Shown: positions 1 through 12,240 of the stretch, piece after piece
Numbering within the stretch: the stretch's first letter is position 1
Layout: every line of letters begins with the position of its first letter
DNA from: Haliotis cracherodii
Lineage: Eukaryota
Assembly: GCF_022045235.1 (NCBI RefSeq)
Contig: NW_027266264.1
Coordinates: forward strand, 77,376,001-77,440,000
Direction: 5' to 3'
DNA length: 64,000 nt
The notes under the pieces: generated by a model
What the model was told of the DNA's origin: nothing
The model's input: only the letters and a program-made list of their open reading frames with translations
Database searches by the model: none
Program-made: the position numbers and the translations under genes

Positions 1-384
1 CATTGAAGATATTTTGCTTGTAACTCAAGTTTTGTGTTTATTGATTTTCGAGATATGGATACATAGAATGAGGCAAGGATTTCTATTAATTGTATCACTA
101 TAGCAATGTAAGACGATAAAGCGACAAACACATGAACGTGATATTTTAATTTTCATTTCATTTTAATTATTCGTTACAAATTACAACAAAACCTGATGTT
201 CAGACGTTTGAAATCTTTTGAAGTTTGAATAAGGCATCTCACAGCGAGTAGAAGGATGTAAGATCATTTACAACAAAGACACATGTGTAAAATCTTTGTG
301 AACTGATACGTAAACATGAAGAGTCTTCCCAGTTCCGAACAGAGATGTATCATGTCTGACTTCCTGTCTTCAATATTCCGAAAT

Positions 385-540
385 ATAGAACGTCAACGCC
401 AGAGACAAACGGTCTCGAGAATCTGCAGAAACGGGTTCATCTGGACATAAAATGAAAATTATAAGAATGGATCACAGAAATCAGTCCTGACACCAGGTGT
501 TCGAGAAACGGGTAAACATGTCCTTCCCTACAGGTAGCGA
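385..540 (-). mobile_element. Family E remnant (3' segment of a Penelope-like element), diverged
   Basis: Plus strand acgtcaacgccagaga...ggatcacagaaatcagtcctgacaccaggtgttcgagaaacgggtaaacatgtccttccctacaggtagc aligns with the reverse complement of 44610-44800 and with 29235-29290. Confidence 0.6.
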
Positions 541-1744
541 ATGCATTTCCTAGACTTAATCTGTCACGCGGAATCCCTTCATTTGGCATTTATTACTTGT
601 AAAACTGATAATTAACAGCAATATATTTTTGGAAGCTATGGAAATTTAAGCAAAAAATTGATTTCTTTTTTCATATTTGTGAAGAACAAACATAAAAACC
701 TAATATCAATGAAAAGATCTTTCATTTAGTTAGTCTAAATGCAATAATACTCATTATTCGTGAGACATTTTGAAAAAAAACCCGAAGTTTCTTCTCAGCA
801 GGAAAAACAATAACCCTACATATCAATGACCTGTCCTTGTCGTTCAGTATTACCTTACCCAATCAATATTCCTTTTACCCTCGTGATTGCATGTCCATGA
901 TATCGTTTGAGCTAAGAAAACGTACCTCACTAAGCGGCTATTAACTCGTTACTGGATTCCTTATATGTAGCCACCAACGTCCTGAGTATGTCCGTCGGAG
1001 CAAGTAACAATACTGGTGCTAGCTTGGTAATTATCAGTGTCATCAACAAAAACCCATTACTGGAATAACACGTATATAGAACATGCTATAAACATACGCT
1101 AACTTCTTTGTATTGCTTACAAAGCACTCGTGTCCTCAAATTGAGGCTGAAGCTCACGTGCCCAAAACCGTTATTACTCTATGTTCAGACAATCTTTTAC
1201 GTATATATCTTTGGTTAGTGATACACAAATTATGCCTCAGACTACATTTTCTTATTGTCACAGGTTCAAGGATCTTAGACGCAACGTAATATGTCTACAT
1301 CGCAATTCTTTCATACATATCACGCATCAACGCTGTCTTGTGGGTCGATTTCAATCAATAATTCAAAGACACACATGCTACATGAAGCTGGCACCGGCTT
1401 AGCTTGAATATCATCTCCACTGAGAGATCGTCACAATGGTGAATGTATTTTTGTAATCAGACATTGCCTTTTACAAAACCCCAATTGTTTGCATATAAAT
1501 GTGTAGAATATATACACAGAAACCATAATATCTGGACAAACTAACCAGACAGTTGAATATTTTTCAAAAGACTGTTTGTTGAGGCTATCACAATATAGAG
1601 ATATTTATCAGTTTGGTAAACGGCAGTTACGATATATAGTATTTCACGCTCAGATATTGATGAAAGACACGTGTACCAGGATGTTTTTTTAGATCAATTT
1701 GGTTGAGAGCCTCTCAAGGAAAACCTCATCTACATATGTGACAG

Positions 1745-2270
1745 TCGGAGATCCGAAATAGTATCTTCATCAAGTAAACATTTACACTCAAAATGTCTTT
1801 GGTAATCTTTGGTAATAGTATCTTCCTCAAGCGAACATCTTCACTCTAACAATCTAAATAGTATCTCCAAGGGAACATTTAAACATTAATGTTGTACATG
1901 TTTGGAGATCATTGATAGTATCTGCATCGAGCGAACATCTTCACTCTAACAATCTAAATAGTATCTCCAAGAGAACATTTAAACATTAATGTACAATATT
2001 CAGGATCTTGAATACTAGTAGTATCTTCCTCAAGCGAACATCTTCACTCTAACAATCTAAATAGTATCTCCAAGAGAACATTTAAACATTAATGTTGTAC
2101 ATGTTTGGAGATCATTAATAGTATCTGCATCGAGCGAATATGTACAAAATGAAGTTATATATTGATTCTTAATGGTAATTTCTTCAATAGAAAGACTAAA
2201 CTTAAATATTTTACATGTTTGGCGATCTTAAATAGTGTCTTCGTCACACGAACATGTAAACTTCCATGTT
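1745..2270. repeat. Degenerate ~100-bp tandem repeat with ABAB (~203-bp) higher-order structure
   Basis: tagtatcttcctcaagcgaacatcttcactctaacaatctaaatagtatctccaag recurs near 1816 and 2019. The variant tagtatctgcatcgagcgaa recurs near 1916 and 2119. Confidence 0.85.
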
Positions 2271-4164
2271 TATTGAATATAGTGTTTTAACTCAAATGAT
2301 AACATCCCTAGTGTACTTGATTGATTACTCGTCATTATTGAAGGATCACCTGGTATGAAGGGTATCAAACAGGAACATATGCTAACAAGCATAACGAGGG
2401 AGGGCTGAGTATATTGACAATGTACGAAGAACATGTTGTTTATGTCTATGTCACTCTGATTGGATGTTTTTATGAAACTGGAAAAATGGACGAAGACTAG
2501 TGAGGACAATGAAAACTTCAAGCTTGAAGGTGATGAAAAAGCTACCTCAAACACACATACTCGTACATGACGAGTAACATTCAATGTTGGTATAGCATGG
2601 TTCAGTCCAGATGCAACTGAACTGCACACTTGGAAGTTGTATATTATCTGCGTGATCCCTCAATAATGACGCCGTGGGAGACCCAGAGTGCCATTTCTGC
2701 CATGAGAACGTCTGAACCATAAAAACTTATTGATGTGACTAATGTGTACACTGGTGTCATCATGTCATCAAAACATGTTCCTACAAGGTTACACATCTAA
2801 AGACGACAGACAGAATTAGATTATTTTCCGAACATTGAAATTAGATATAATCTGCACATGTTTAAAATGATATCTCAGTAAGTGCCACGCCGAAATTAAT
2901 ATAAGAGTGTGACATCAAAGTGTATCTCGTCGTATATGAGACCCCAGGTTCTTTAATCATTAAATAGAATCTCAAACTGACAGCTATGACGACATTCGTT
3001 ACCAGTCGCCCCTTTCCGTAACCTACAAGAAATCTCCGTATCGATCGGTATTTTGTACGAAAACACAACAAACCAATCAGCATACGCATATGACTATAAT
3101 AACTTTCGACAAAGATTTTTCCCTTAAAGTTTAGTGTTCTGATAAAGTACCTAAATTTACAGTTATTGGTGTTAACTATTATCAAAAGTAATAGGTTGCA
3201 AAATAGCCACTCTGACATTAAGATAATATCCGTGAAGCGGTTCAATCAGCTGAGTAGTGTCACGCTGACGTGACTTTTTTAACAAAATGTCGGAGAGAGG
3301 CACCACCCGGCTTGTTCTTTAAATCATGGATTTAGTGAATATTCTGTCATGGAATGAACACAATAACCCTCTAGAAAGGGATGACGTCAAACAGAGCCAT
3401 ATACCTAGCCATTATGGTTGACAAAGTTGGTACACCCACAAAGCAACCAATTAAATATAGATCTATTCATTCTGTTTTAGCAAAACTTATCAAAACAAGT
3501 ACATGGCGAAGATTGACTTTGATGGGCAAGATTATGAATATTGGAAATGCGCATTCGTAATACTATAAACTGTTTTCGAACACCAAAGAATAATAACTTT
3601 GTTTTCGTATAACGTACATCCGTTTGATTGCACATGGCATTTTTTTCATTATTTCAATAACGATCCCGACTATCATTATTATGCTTGAATAAGGAGTTCA
3701 TTAATGCCAATCATACAGAAACATCGCAAATCTTGTTTCTGATCTTCGTTTGTCCAAATTGTCGAAAAAAGTAATTCATAAAAAAGGTATTGATTCACTG
3801 ATGAGGCCAACGTGTCTTCCTCTTGCGTCAAAGCTTTTACAAAATAATGAGAAGCTATATAAACTGATAGCTTTTAATCTTTATGTGGTCCGTTTTTTAC
3901 CAAACATTACAGTCTGTTCTCAATATCAGTAATATTCACTTAGACTAGGCGGTATTTGTTGCAGTATCACTTAGATCGTAAAGTAATCTCATATACATCT
4001 CAAGGTTGTTGTATCCTCGTTAGTTGTCCTCTGTTAGTTAATTGCAACATTGTGCTGCACGCTATCATGATGTGAGTCCCATTATAACAATGCCGACAAG
4101 AATACATCGATGTTTCATCTTAAACAGGGCGTGTATGTGAATGCAAAAAGCATTATGTAAATAT

Positions 4165-4262
4165 AAAACGTCAACGCCAGTGAATTATCAGTCTCGTTTA
4201 GCTGCCGAAACAGATTCCATTGGGCGTAAAAGGCAAAATAACGGTGAAAATCATATCAAAGG
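4165..4262 (-). mobile_element. Family E remnant
   Basis: acgtcaacgccagtgaattatcagtctcg...gaaacagattccattgggcgtaaaaggcaaaataacggtgaaa matches 12125-12240, 39468-39593 and the reverse complement of 44705-44790. Confidence 0.65.
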
Positions 4263-5954
4263 ACCAATCCGTAGTTATTTCAAGATAAATCAATATCAAC
4301 ATTCTACATTTAGTATGTATCAATACATTTAAATGAATTGCCAAATCCAATACGTGGCAGTGCTTGAAAGTCAACAGACATATCTTTGTAGGAGTGAGTG
4401 AGTAAAATTTGTGAAACGAGATAGTCAGCATTTTTCAGCTATCTCACTAGAGTCTGTAAATCGACTAATATGAGCTAGGAAACACCGTTTTGATGACACG
4501 CATGGAGCCATGTTACATATGGTAATCTCCTTTTGGGGCTGGTAAAATATTTAACGCTGTTCTATACAATTTGTTTAAGACGTTGTGGGCTTGAATGCAA
4601 GATCGATATTTAGGTTCAGATATAACTTTTATCTCAAATATAGTTCAATGTGGAAAATCCCGAGTGTCTTTAGTTCAAATCTACATACTTAACCTAATGG
4701 ATATTCTACAACGGAGTCCTTTTCTGTATGTTTCAATTTAATCAATACTTTCAAGAAAGGCAATTTGAAACATTTTAACATCGTCGCATGTCTTGGAGAA
4801 CGCATTTTGATATCATAATAATGTACAGTTCTTCTCATTTTGGATTGCATTTGATTGAGAGGCAAGCTGGAACGTTTCCGTTGATGAGGATTACATTAAT
4901 GCTAATATATTTAAAGGGAGCTCCCGGTGCAAGGCAGCGTGGCGTCAGATAAAGTACAAAATATAAATGCATTAATGGTACAAAACTCGATCGAATTATC
5001 TTACATAGATTTATCATGTATGAAGAGATCGCGAGGACTTAAGTATGCATTAGAGATATGAAATAAAACATAGGAAGCAATTGCATACTGAGATAAAACA
5101 ACAATATTTATGTATGAGAAGTAGGATAAATTGTACCTCTCGCCCATATTTATCAAGAATAACAAACTTCGTAATAAAGATTGCTTTCGCCCCACAGTAT
5201 CGTCGTTGTCGTCATGCAGGCGCCATTGGTCAAGTAAATTGTAATGTCAAGGTCATTGCTAACGTCATGTCGACATTTCTTTCTAAATATAGTACACTAG
5301 TTTTACCATGCTAGTTATGGATTAAAAGCGATAAAGAAAATATTAGTTTCGTGTGTGCAGCATACAATTATTATGCTCTCTAATACATAATCTTTATGTG
5401 TAAAAACTAATATTTTTATTTACTTCGGAATGATGGCTGACGAAGGAGCTGTTTAAACTAACTCAGAAGGATTATATCAGTATTATAGTATGAGATGTTT
5501 CATGCCTAGAGGTAGATATCTGTAAACAAAAGTTCGAGTCTTTGTAGACTCACAATCGTCTACAAAATGCTTATTTTAATACCTCCACAATATTCACAGG
5601 GCAGATTCGCTAGATTGTATATCAATTTAATAAGCCTATTTATTTCTGGAAATAGATATCATAAATTGTAATAACATGTTATGTGATATGCGCAACAGAT
5701 GTCGAACGTTTCATGACGTGAATTAATAAGTAGAATACTTAATACATGTTATTTCATATCATTTGTATTTACTGCATATAAACTTCATTGCGTATTGATC
5801 TTGCCCTTATTACAACAATTGAGGTTTCAATGTCGGACAATGTTACTGAAAACACATTACGTTTTAACCCACGCCGTCTAACCTTAATCTTAGAGATTAT
5901 TCCCTCCTCTTACTCTTCATTGGACCATACAGGAATGTACTCCTTTATAGTCAC

Positions 5955-6120
5955 GGGGGTGGGGCAGCCTATTGGTTAAAGCAACCGACAACGCCGAACG
6001 CCCGGGTTCGATTCCCAACGCGGATAAAAAGTGTGAAGCCCATTTCTGGTGTCTACCACCGTAATTATTCATGGGTATTGCTAAAAGCGGCGTAAAACCA
6101 TCTCACTCATTCACTCACTC
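5955..6120 (+). mobile_element. tRNA-derived SINE, family A
   Basis: A-box-like gcagcctattggttaaa, B-box gggttcgattccc, body gtgtgaagcccatttctggtgtc, tail ctaaaagcggcgtaaaacc followed by (CACT)n. Confidence 0.9.
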
Positions 6121-6855
6121 TTTACCAGATACAGCCTGAAAGCCATTCCCCACTGTTGTGTCATACCCTATAGTACAATCAACGAATTAGACTTAACGAG
6201 AATATGCTACAAGTCAAAAGGAGCGATCATGTTCATAATCTTGAATGGATGCAAAAAAAATAAATATGGCTCAAAAACGTGTTTGGCTACCCAAATAAAT
6301 AATCTGTCTTGAAATAGCAACAGAACAAATATTCTGCCCTAAAACACCCTTCAATTATAGGTCCCTAACCATACAAGGTTTCCTCTTTGATATCGGTCAA
6401 TGTGGATGAATTACACTTAGGGACTCGGATATTTCTGAAATTAGGAAGGATATTAAGCCTGACATTAATCATATATATTCATTTCACAATGATATATCCC
6501 AAACAACATTGAACAGGCATGCGAAATTATTCTGGCATTGTCAGTGTTAAAACCCTACATATAAAAAACTGCAACATTATATGAATAATTTATGACTTAG
6601 CAGTTTGTCCTCCATACTGTATCACACGAAATGATAGACGTGTTTAATCGATAAGGAGAATAAATTGGCGTAGTATCCATTTCGAATAACATGTTGTTAT
6701 TCCAGGCTATTCAGGATGCAGAATTATTGATCGGAAGTAGAACTCTCAAAATACATGCACTGGATACATATGACTTTTTCATTTCATTTAAGTATCACGA
6801 AGTGACATCTGGAAGCCTCACCCCTGCACTCGGGACAGAGTGATTGTCAGCTTTG

Positions 6856-6946
6856 TCACGACTTGGAACGCCAGTGGTGGGATTCACATACTGCACCCAT
6901 ACAGGGGATCGAACCTGGGATCTCTGAACAAGCGAACAGACTGACC
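6856..6946 (-). mobile_element. Highly diverged family A SINE fragment
   Basis: ttcacatactgcacccatacaggggatcgaacctggg...agcgaac resembles ttcacacattgtacccatgt..gaatcgaacccggg...agcgaac. Confidence 0.55.
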
Positions 6947-7159
6947 CCAGAGTTGATCAACCCGCGAAAAATCAGATCAGAACTGGTTATTATCAATGCG
7001 GAAAGCAATTCATGATGTGTTATCAAGAGAATGCATATTAATATCATGGAGTCATGGCAATATATTCAACACATATGTGTTTAATGTTGGCTTCGTATTG
7101 GTGCGGAATCATCTTGCGCATAACCTGAAATATGCTTCTGTTGCTGCTGCTGCTGCTGA

Positions 7160-8343
7160 TGATGATTATTATTATTATTATAATTATTTACAGATTAAAA
7201 TAAAAACTGCAGCAAAGAGGGTTTGGGTGAGAATTTTTCGGAGAATGTGAAGACTCCCGAACACTGCAGCCTTCTGCATTACCCAGATTGTAAGAATGGA
7301 TGTATTCCTGGTAGCAAACCCGGGTACTCTCCCAAAGTCAGTCAACAGATTGGGAGGTAGCAAACGTAAGGCACCGACAACAATGGGGAGTCGGACAACC
7401 TGGTACTTGGGATGCAAGCGCGACATTTCGAGAGCGAGGTCCGCATATTTGCCATGTTTTTCCCGAATCTTGTCAATCACATTAGTGTCAAAAGGGACAG
7501 TAAATTCAATAACATATAAATGATTGCATTGGATTTATCAAAAAGACCAACATCAGGTTTGCTGGCCTGGACAGGTTTGAGGCTGTATACGGGCCTGTTC
7601 CAAAGAATTTTGTTTATTTTTTCATTTTCCATGACGCCCTCTACATGTTAAGGGTCGTACCATGGATGGCAAGCGCGGCGAAGACGGTAATAAAAGGATC
7701 GAGCCACTCCATCATGTCGCTTAAGATACTGTGTTTGTGCCAAAGTTGGGCATCCACTGACAATGTGTTGGACAGTCTCATTAAATTCATTGCTTAATTT
7801 TGCATCATATTTACATTTCAATGCAAACTCACACATTGACGGTTTCGAGTGGTAAGTGACTGGTCTTGAGCAACAAACAGAAAGTCTTCTGTTTCACCTT
7901 TCAGGCCAGTCGACCACATCCAAGCGAAAGACTCTGCAGGGTTGCTGATCATCTCAACGCACTGTACATTAACTCGATGCAGAGGTCGTTCTAGATAGCC
8001 TCTCCTTGAAAAAGTCTGTGCCGATTTGATATGGCACTTCGCTTGATTGACACTTGTTTCTGTACCGCCCAGCAGTACAGAACCATCAACAAAATCAACA
8101 CTGATATTGAGATTATGTCCCACATACTTCGCTCGTTTATGAAAACGTGTGGAATGCCTTTTTTTTCATCATGAGTCTTGACATGCTTCACAAGAGGATC
8201 GTCAGACAAATAAACGTGTGCAAAAGTGCACCATACATTTCTATCCTGAAGAGCCTCTTTATTCTTACAACCACGCTCTCCTATTATGATTGGTAAATAT
8301 AAGCGATTGAGGGAAGGGCGAGTATGGGGGGATCTATTGTCTA
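7160..8343 (-). mobile_element. 5'-truncated, frameshifted non-LTR retrotransposon with restriction-like endonuclease (R4/Dong-like)
   Basis: Minus-strand peptides occur in the canonical order: RLYLP..G.RG; SFAWM..GLKGETEDFLFVAQDQSLTTRN; ETVQHIVSGCPTLAQTQYLKRHDGVA (zinc-knuckle half plus RHD); KILWN; KPDVGLFDK; VIEFTVPFD...EKHGKYADL; PIVVGAL; MQKAAVFGSLHILRKIL. A short 3' UTR ends in (TAA)n. Confidence 0.92.
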
Positions 8344-8375
8344 TTCTTCTTCTTCTTCTTCTTCTTATACAATTA

Positions 8376-8835
8376 CAATGAACCCCGATAATCCAGACTT
8401 TAAGATTCACGACGTAATCGTCTGGATGTATGGATTGCGGTCTGTAATTAATCGAGTCTGGACCAGACAATCCAGTGATTGACATCATGAACATCGATCT
8501 ACGCAGTTGGGATACGATGACATGTATCAACCAAGTCAGCGAGTCTGACCACCCGATCCCGTTAGTAGCCTCTTACGACAAGCATAGTCGCCATTAACGG
8601 CGAGCATGGGTTGCTGAAGACCTATTCCACCCCGGATCTTCACGGGTAGCAACCTTACAGGTAATCATTACATCCGACAGGTCCTGGAACCAGTTGTTGC
8701 CCTCCATTTCTACAACCACCATGCTGAAGATAATTTCTAACCCGGATCTTCAGGGATGGTATTACAATTATACAGTAATCGTTCGGAAATCGGGATGTCC
8801 TGTCTAACGGGGTCCAGATTAACGAGGTGTCACGG
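8376..8835. mobile_element. Possible old pogo/Tigger-like MITE containing nested family B insertions
   Basis: Left end TA-caatgaaccccgataatccagac compared with the reverse complement of the right end, ccgtgacacctcgttaatctggac, gives about 17 of 24 matches. Confidence 0.4.
8437..8647 (-). mobile_element. Family B short retroposon (tail missing), with an extra head fragment at 8718-8756
   Basis: Reverse complement of the 14532-14799 copy, from acccgtgaagatcc through ccagactcgatta. Confidence 0.92.
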
Positions 8836-9379
8836 TTATTTACATTCTTGGAATCTATGCCACTGATTTCAGAATAAGTGGTTAGACATTAATCGTAAAG
8901 GTTCAAAATGTGTTAAAAGAAATGACTTGACGCGACATTCTAAAAGGTTAAAACGTCTCAAAACAAATATCTGCATTGTGAAGTCAACTTCGATGCTGAC
9001 CAGTCCCTCTTTAATCTATACATAGAGAATTTACATGAGCGTATGAAATGTTAGCGGAATGAGAGTTTATGGTGATAGTCTCCGAACGAAAGTAAGAACT
9101 ATAATATTTCGTCTAGATATAAATAGAGAATGACACATGGAGGTGTGTTTAGAACCAGTCTGCATGGCGCAGCAAGACTGAAAATATATGACGTCAATGC
9201 GATTGAAGCCATGACGTCATTAATTCGGTGACGTCACGAATACAAAACTTCAATAAGGAGATGATATCGCTAGTTTAGAAGCAATTTCTTCCTGTTCTTT
9301 GTTGTTATGAATTTCATAAATCCATATTTCTATAATGGTGACCCTTGTTACAGGGGAATATGATCTCTAAGATCTTCAC

Positions 9380-9544
9380 GGGGCGGTCGGGTAGCCTAGT
9401 GATTAAAACGTTCGCGCGTCACGCAGAAGGGCTGGTTTTGATTCCCGACATGGGTACAATGTGTGAAGCCCATTTCTGGTGTCCCCCGCCGTGATATTGC
9501 TGGAATATTGCTAAAAGCGGCGTAAAACCACACTCTCTCACTCT
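9380..9544 (+). mobile_element. tRNA-derived SINE, family A
   Basis: ggggcggtcgggtagcctagtgattaaaacgttcgcgcgtcacgc...gctggaatattgctaaaagcggcgtaaaaccacactctctcactc. Confidence 0.93.
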
Positions 9545-9554
9545 AGGATTTATT

Positions 9555-9705
9555 GGTCGTCGGTTCGAATCCAAGACTGGTCCAATTATGACCTTGGTCT
9601 GTCAGTCAGATAACCAAGTGCGTTGGTTTAACCAAAATAGGAAATTGCCCGAGCCTGTGTTACCACTACTTCAATATTTTGTTGAAATGAAACGATGAAA
9701 CCAAA
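9555..9705 (+). mobile_element. Degenerate tRNA-derived SINE of an unassigned family
   Basis: B-box ggttcgaatcc. The 3' end aatattttgttgaaatgaaacgatgaaaccaaa resembles the tail shared by families A, B and C. Confidence 0.4.
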
Positions 9706-9717
9706 TTAGTCTGGAAT

Positions 9718-10203
9718 CGCGTGCGTGATGTAGTGGATAGCGCGTCCTCCCGGAGAGCGTAAGGTGGGTGGTTCGATCCCTGGCTGCGTCATACCAAAAG
9801 ACGTTAAAATATGGTACTTGTTGTTACTCTGCCTAACGCTCAGTATATTGTTTCGGACTGGAGTATCCATTAAACTGCAACATGGTATCTTAGTGAGGTA
9901 TCACTTAAGAACCGGCATTAGTCCGTTNNNNNNNNNNNNNNNNNNNNNNNNNNNNNNNNNNNNNNNNNNNNNNNNNNNNNNNNNNNNNNNNNNNNNNNNN
10001 NNNNNNNNNNNNNNNNNNNNNNNNNNNNNNNNNNNNNNNNNNNNNNNNNNNNNNNNNNNNNNNNNNNNNNNNNNNNNNNNNNNNNNNNNNNNNNNNNNNN
10101 NNNNNNNNNNNNNNNNNNNNNNNNNNNNNNNNNNNNNNNNNNNNNNNNNNNNNNNNNNGAAATAATCATTTCATTGTAAACTCTATTTCACCTTTCACCT
10201 CTC
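9718..10203 (+). mobile_element. SINE family D (Meta-domain-like), spanning an N gap
   Basis: tRNA-like head (tagtggatag; ggttcgatccc), then gtcataccaaaagacgttaaaatatggtacttgttg. The (CACCT)-type tail follows the gap. Matches the reverse complement of 41963-42301. Confidence 0.85.
9928..10158. other. Assembly gap or masked run (231 N)
   Basis: Run of n. Confidence 1.
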
Positions 10204-10234
10204 CGCGCCCGTTAGTCTGGACCTCGTTAAACCT

Positions 10235-10403
10235 GGGGGGGGGAGGGGGGGGGGGGGGGGGGGGGGGGGGTTTGGGGGGGTTGTCGAGGAAGATGGTTGG
10301 AACTAAAAAATTTCCTTGTGGTTATCTCCCAGTTGTCAGAAAGCTAGTTGTCAGACAGTCAGTTGTCAGACAGCCAGTTGTTAGACAGCCAGTTGTTGGA
10401 CAG
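10235..10403. repeat. Poly-G tract followed by five copies of a 15-bp repeat (cagttgtcagacagc)
   Basis: G run at 10235-10280. The 15-bp units occupy 10330-10403. Confidence 0.9.
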
Positions 10404-11233
10404 TGGAGAAAGGGCGTTGAAATACTTGACAAAGCTAATTATACTTCATATTGTTGTCAAATAAACAAATTGTCTGGCACAAAATGATATTGTTGCAATG
10501 CGCGTTTTAGACAAAATAAATTTATTTAAAAAAATATCTGGCTTTGCAGCTATAGCTGAAACAATATCTGGTCTCAATATACAAGATCCCAATCTACATC
10601 ACAGAGGGAAACTTAAGTCTCTATTGATTCTCAAAGTATAGAAATGCGACCACAATAAATAAGATACAGGCGAACAAGGTGTGATGTGATTCTCTACCTG
10701 GGTTGTTCCATTACCTTGTCTAAGGTAACAGACGGCTTCTTAGATGTGCATCCATCTGGATATGTTGGTGTCTGACAACTGGCCGTCTAACAAATGGGAG
10801 GATACCCTTGCAGTTTGCACACGACACATGCTGCTGGTTCGGTAAGGCAAAGCTGCAATACGTTGGCACCAACATTTAATTGTTTCATTTTCTTCACTGT
10901 TTGTGGTATTGAGACATGGGACTGTAGTTTTTTATTGGGTGATTGACATCCACAGTCTGGACACAATTTCAAGCAAGATCTTTAAGTAGTGCTTGGCATT
11001 GATGTTAAATGTTTTAAGTTACACAAGAACATTTTGAAGATACATATTAATCTCTAAAGTTGCCGTTAAATCAACATTTTCCATTAGTCATCAGTAATTC
11101 ATCAAGATGCATGGCAACATGGACAGACTGTTGCTGCCTTGTCCCGCAGGCTATCGAGTTAGGGCGTGGACTTCCCAATGAAGATCAGACTACGTAATGG
11201 CTTCCATAGAGCCTCTTATCTGAAAAGGACCCT

Positions 11234-11392
11234 GCGGTAGCCGAGTGGTTACAGGCATGGTATTTCACGTTCATGACCCCTGTTTAAATTCCGTACTTTG
11301 GTCAAATGCTTGGAGCCGATATCCGGTGTTCCCCTGTCGTGATATGGCTGGATTATTGCAAAACGCGATATACAACTCCACTCACTCACACA
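11234..11392 (+). mobile_element. Old family A SINE
   Basis: ggtagccgagtggtt head, ccggtgttcccctgtcgtgatatggctggattattgcaaaacgcg tail and cactcactc end. Confidence 0.7.
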
Positions 11393-11487
11393 CCTTGATT
11401 TTTTGTTTACGTTTACATTTAGATGTAAATACAATTAAACATGTCACATATATACAGCTAAATCATGAATGCATTACCTGTTATAGT

Positions 11488-11708
11488 TTCGTTTGTCTGT
11501 TTGGTGTTTTGTGCTGCAGTGAGCAGTATTCCAGCTTTATCACGGTTGTACGTAGTCAGTCTGACGAACCAGTGTTTGATATTATGAGCAACATTCCACA
11601 CCGAGAGGTTTTGATAACAACCGAATCAAACAAGTCATCCCCCGATCCAATGTAGTCACACCACACACAATAGAGTTCTGGGGACTTAATTTAACCGGGA
11701 TCCCACGG
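11488..11708 (-). mobile_element. Old, diverged full-length family B copy
   Basis: Collinear landmarks: gtttgtctgtttg tail, gcagtattccagct, ccagtgtttgatattatgagca, caagtca, cccgatcc, and head ctggggacttaatttaaccgggatcccacgg. Confidence 0.65.
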
Positions 11709-12124
11709 AGTGGTGAAGGTATTCATTTAGGTTAGATAATGTTCGTTAATCAGACCAAGAAACTGCTGGCGTTGTCTAAGACATACAGCAAACTACCAGC
11801 CTCAAGTCTGCTCCAACTGTTCCACTAGCCGACTAATGTGCTTTCTTAACGCATCTGTAAAATCGTGTCTTAGAATTCCCCGGCGTATAAAAAGTGGCGG
11901 CAATTTGAACAAGATTTCAGCTTGGGAATTGTGGGCTAAACGTCTTAAAGCCCTTCATTGACGAAAATGTATCTTCGATACGGGGCCCGTGTAACTGAGA
12001 CGCATGAGATTATTCTATTCACTGTCCTCGTCTTCAAATCAAACCAGAAGTGTTGTGCTTGGCGATACCCTATAATAATCCTATTTTTCCTAGTCCGAAC
12101 ACCATGTCTGGCGCACATATAAAA

Positions 12125-12240
12125 CATCAACCTTAGAGAGAATAACGCGTCTCGATTTCCGCCGAAACAGATTTCATTGGGTGTAAAAGGCAAATGGCGG
12201 TTTCAATCACATGAATTGATTACTGAAAATCGCTGCATGT
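12125..12240 (-). mobile_element. Family E remnant
   Basis: gccgaaacagatttcattgggtgtaaaaggcaaatggcgg...gattactgaaaatc is shared with the copies at 4200 and 39500. Confidence 0.65.

Noticed and set aside
2270-2782. 119-aa ORF and a possible minus-strand acceptor at 2781-2782
   Set aside because: No recognisable domain, a non-ATG start, and no partner exons that I could link.
9371-9385. Apparent head-to-head fusion of family B (gatcttcacggg) with family A
   Set aside because: Only about 12 bp match, with no further family B sequence upstream; it could be chance.
10235-10280. G-quadruplex-forming poly-G tract
   Set aside because: It lies near an assembly gap, where homopolymer length is unreliable, and there is no functional context.
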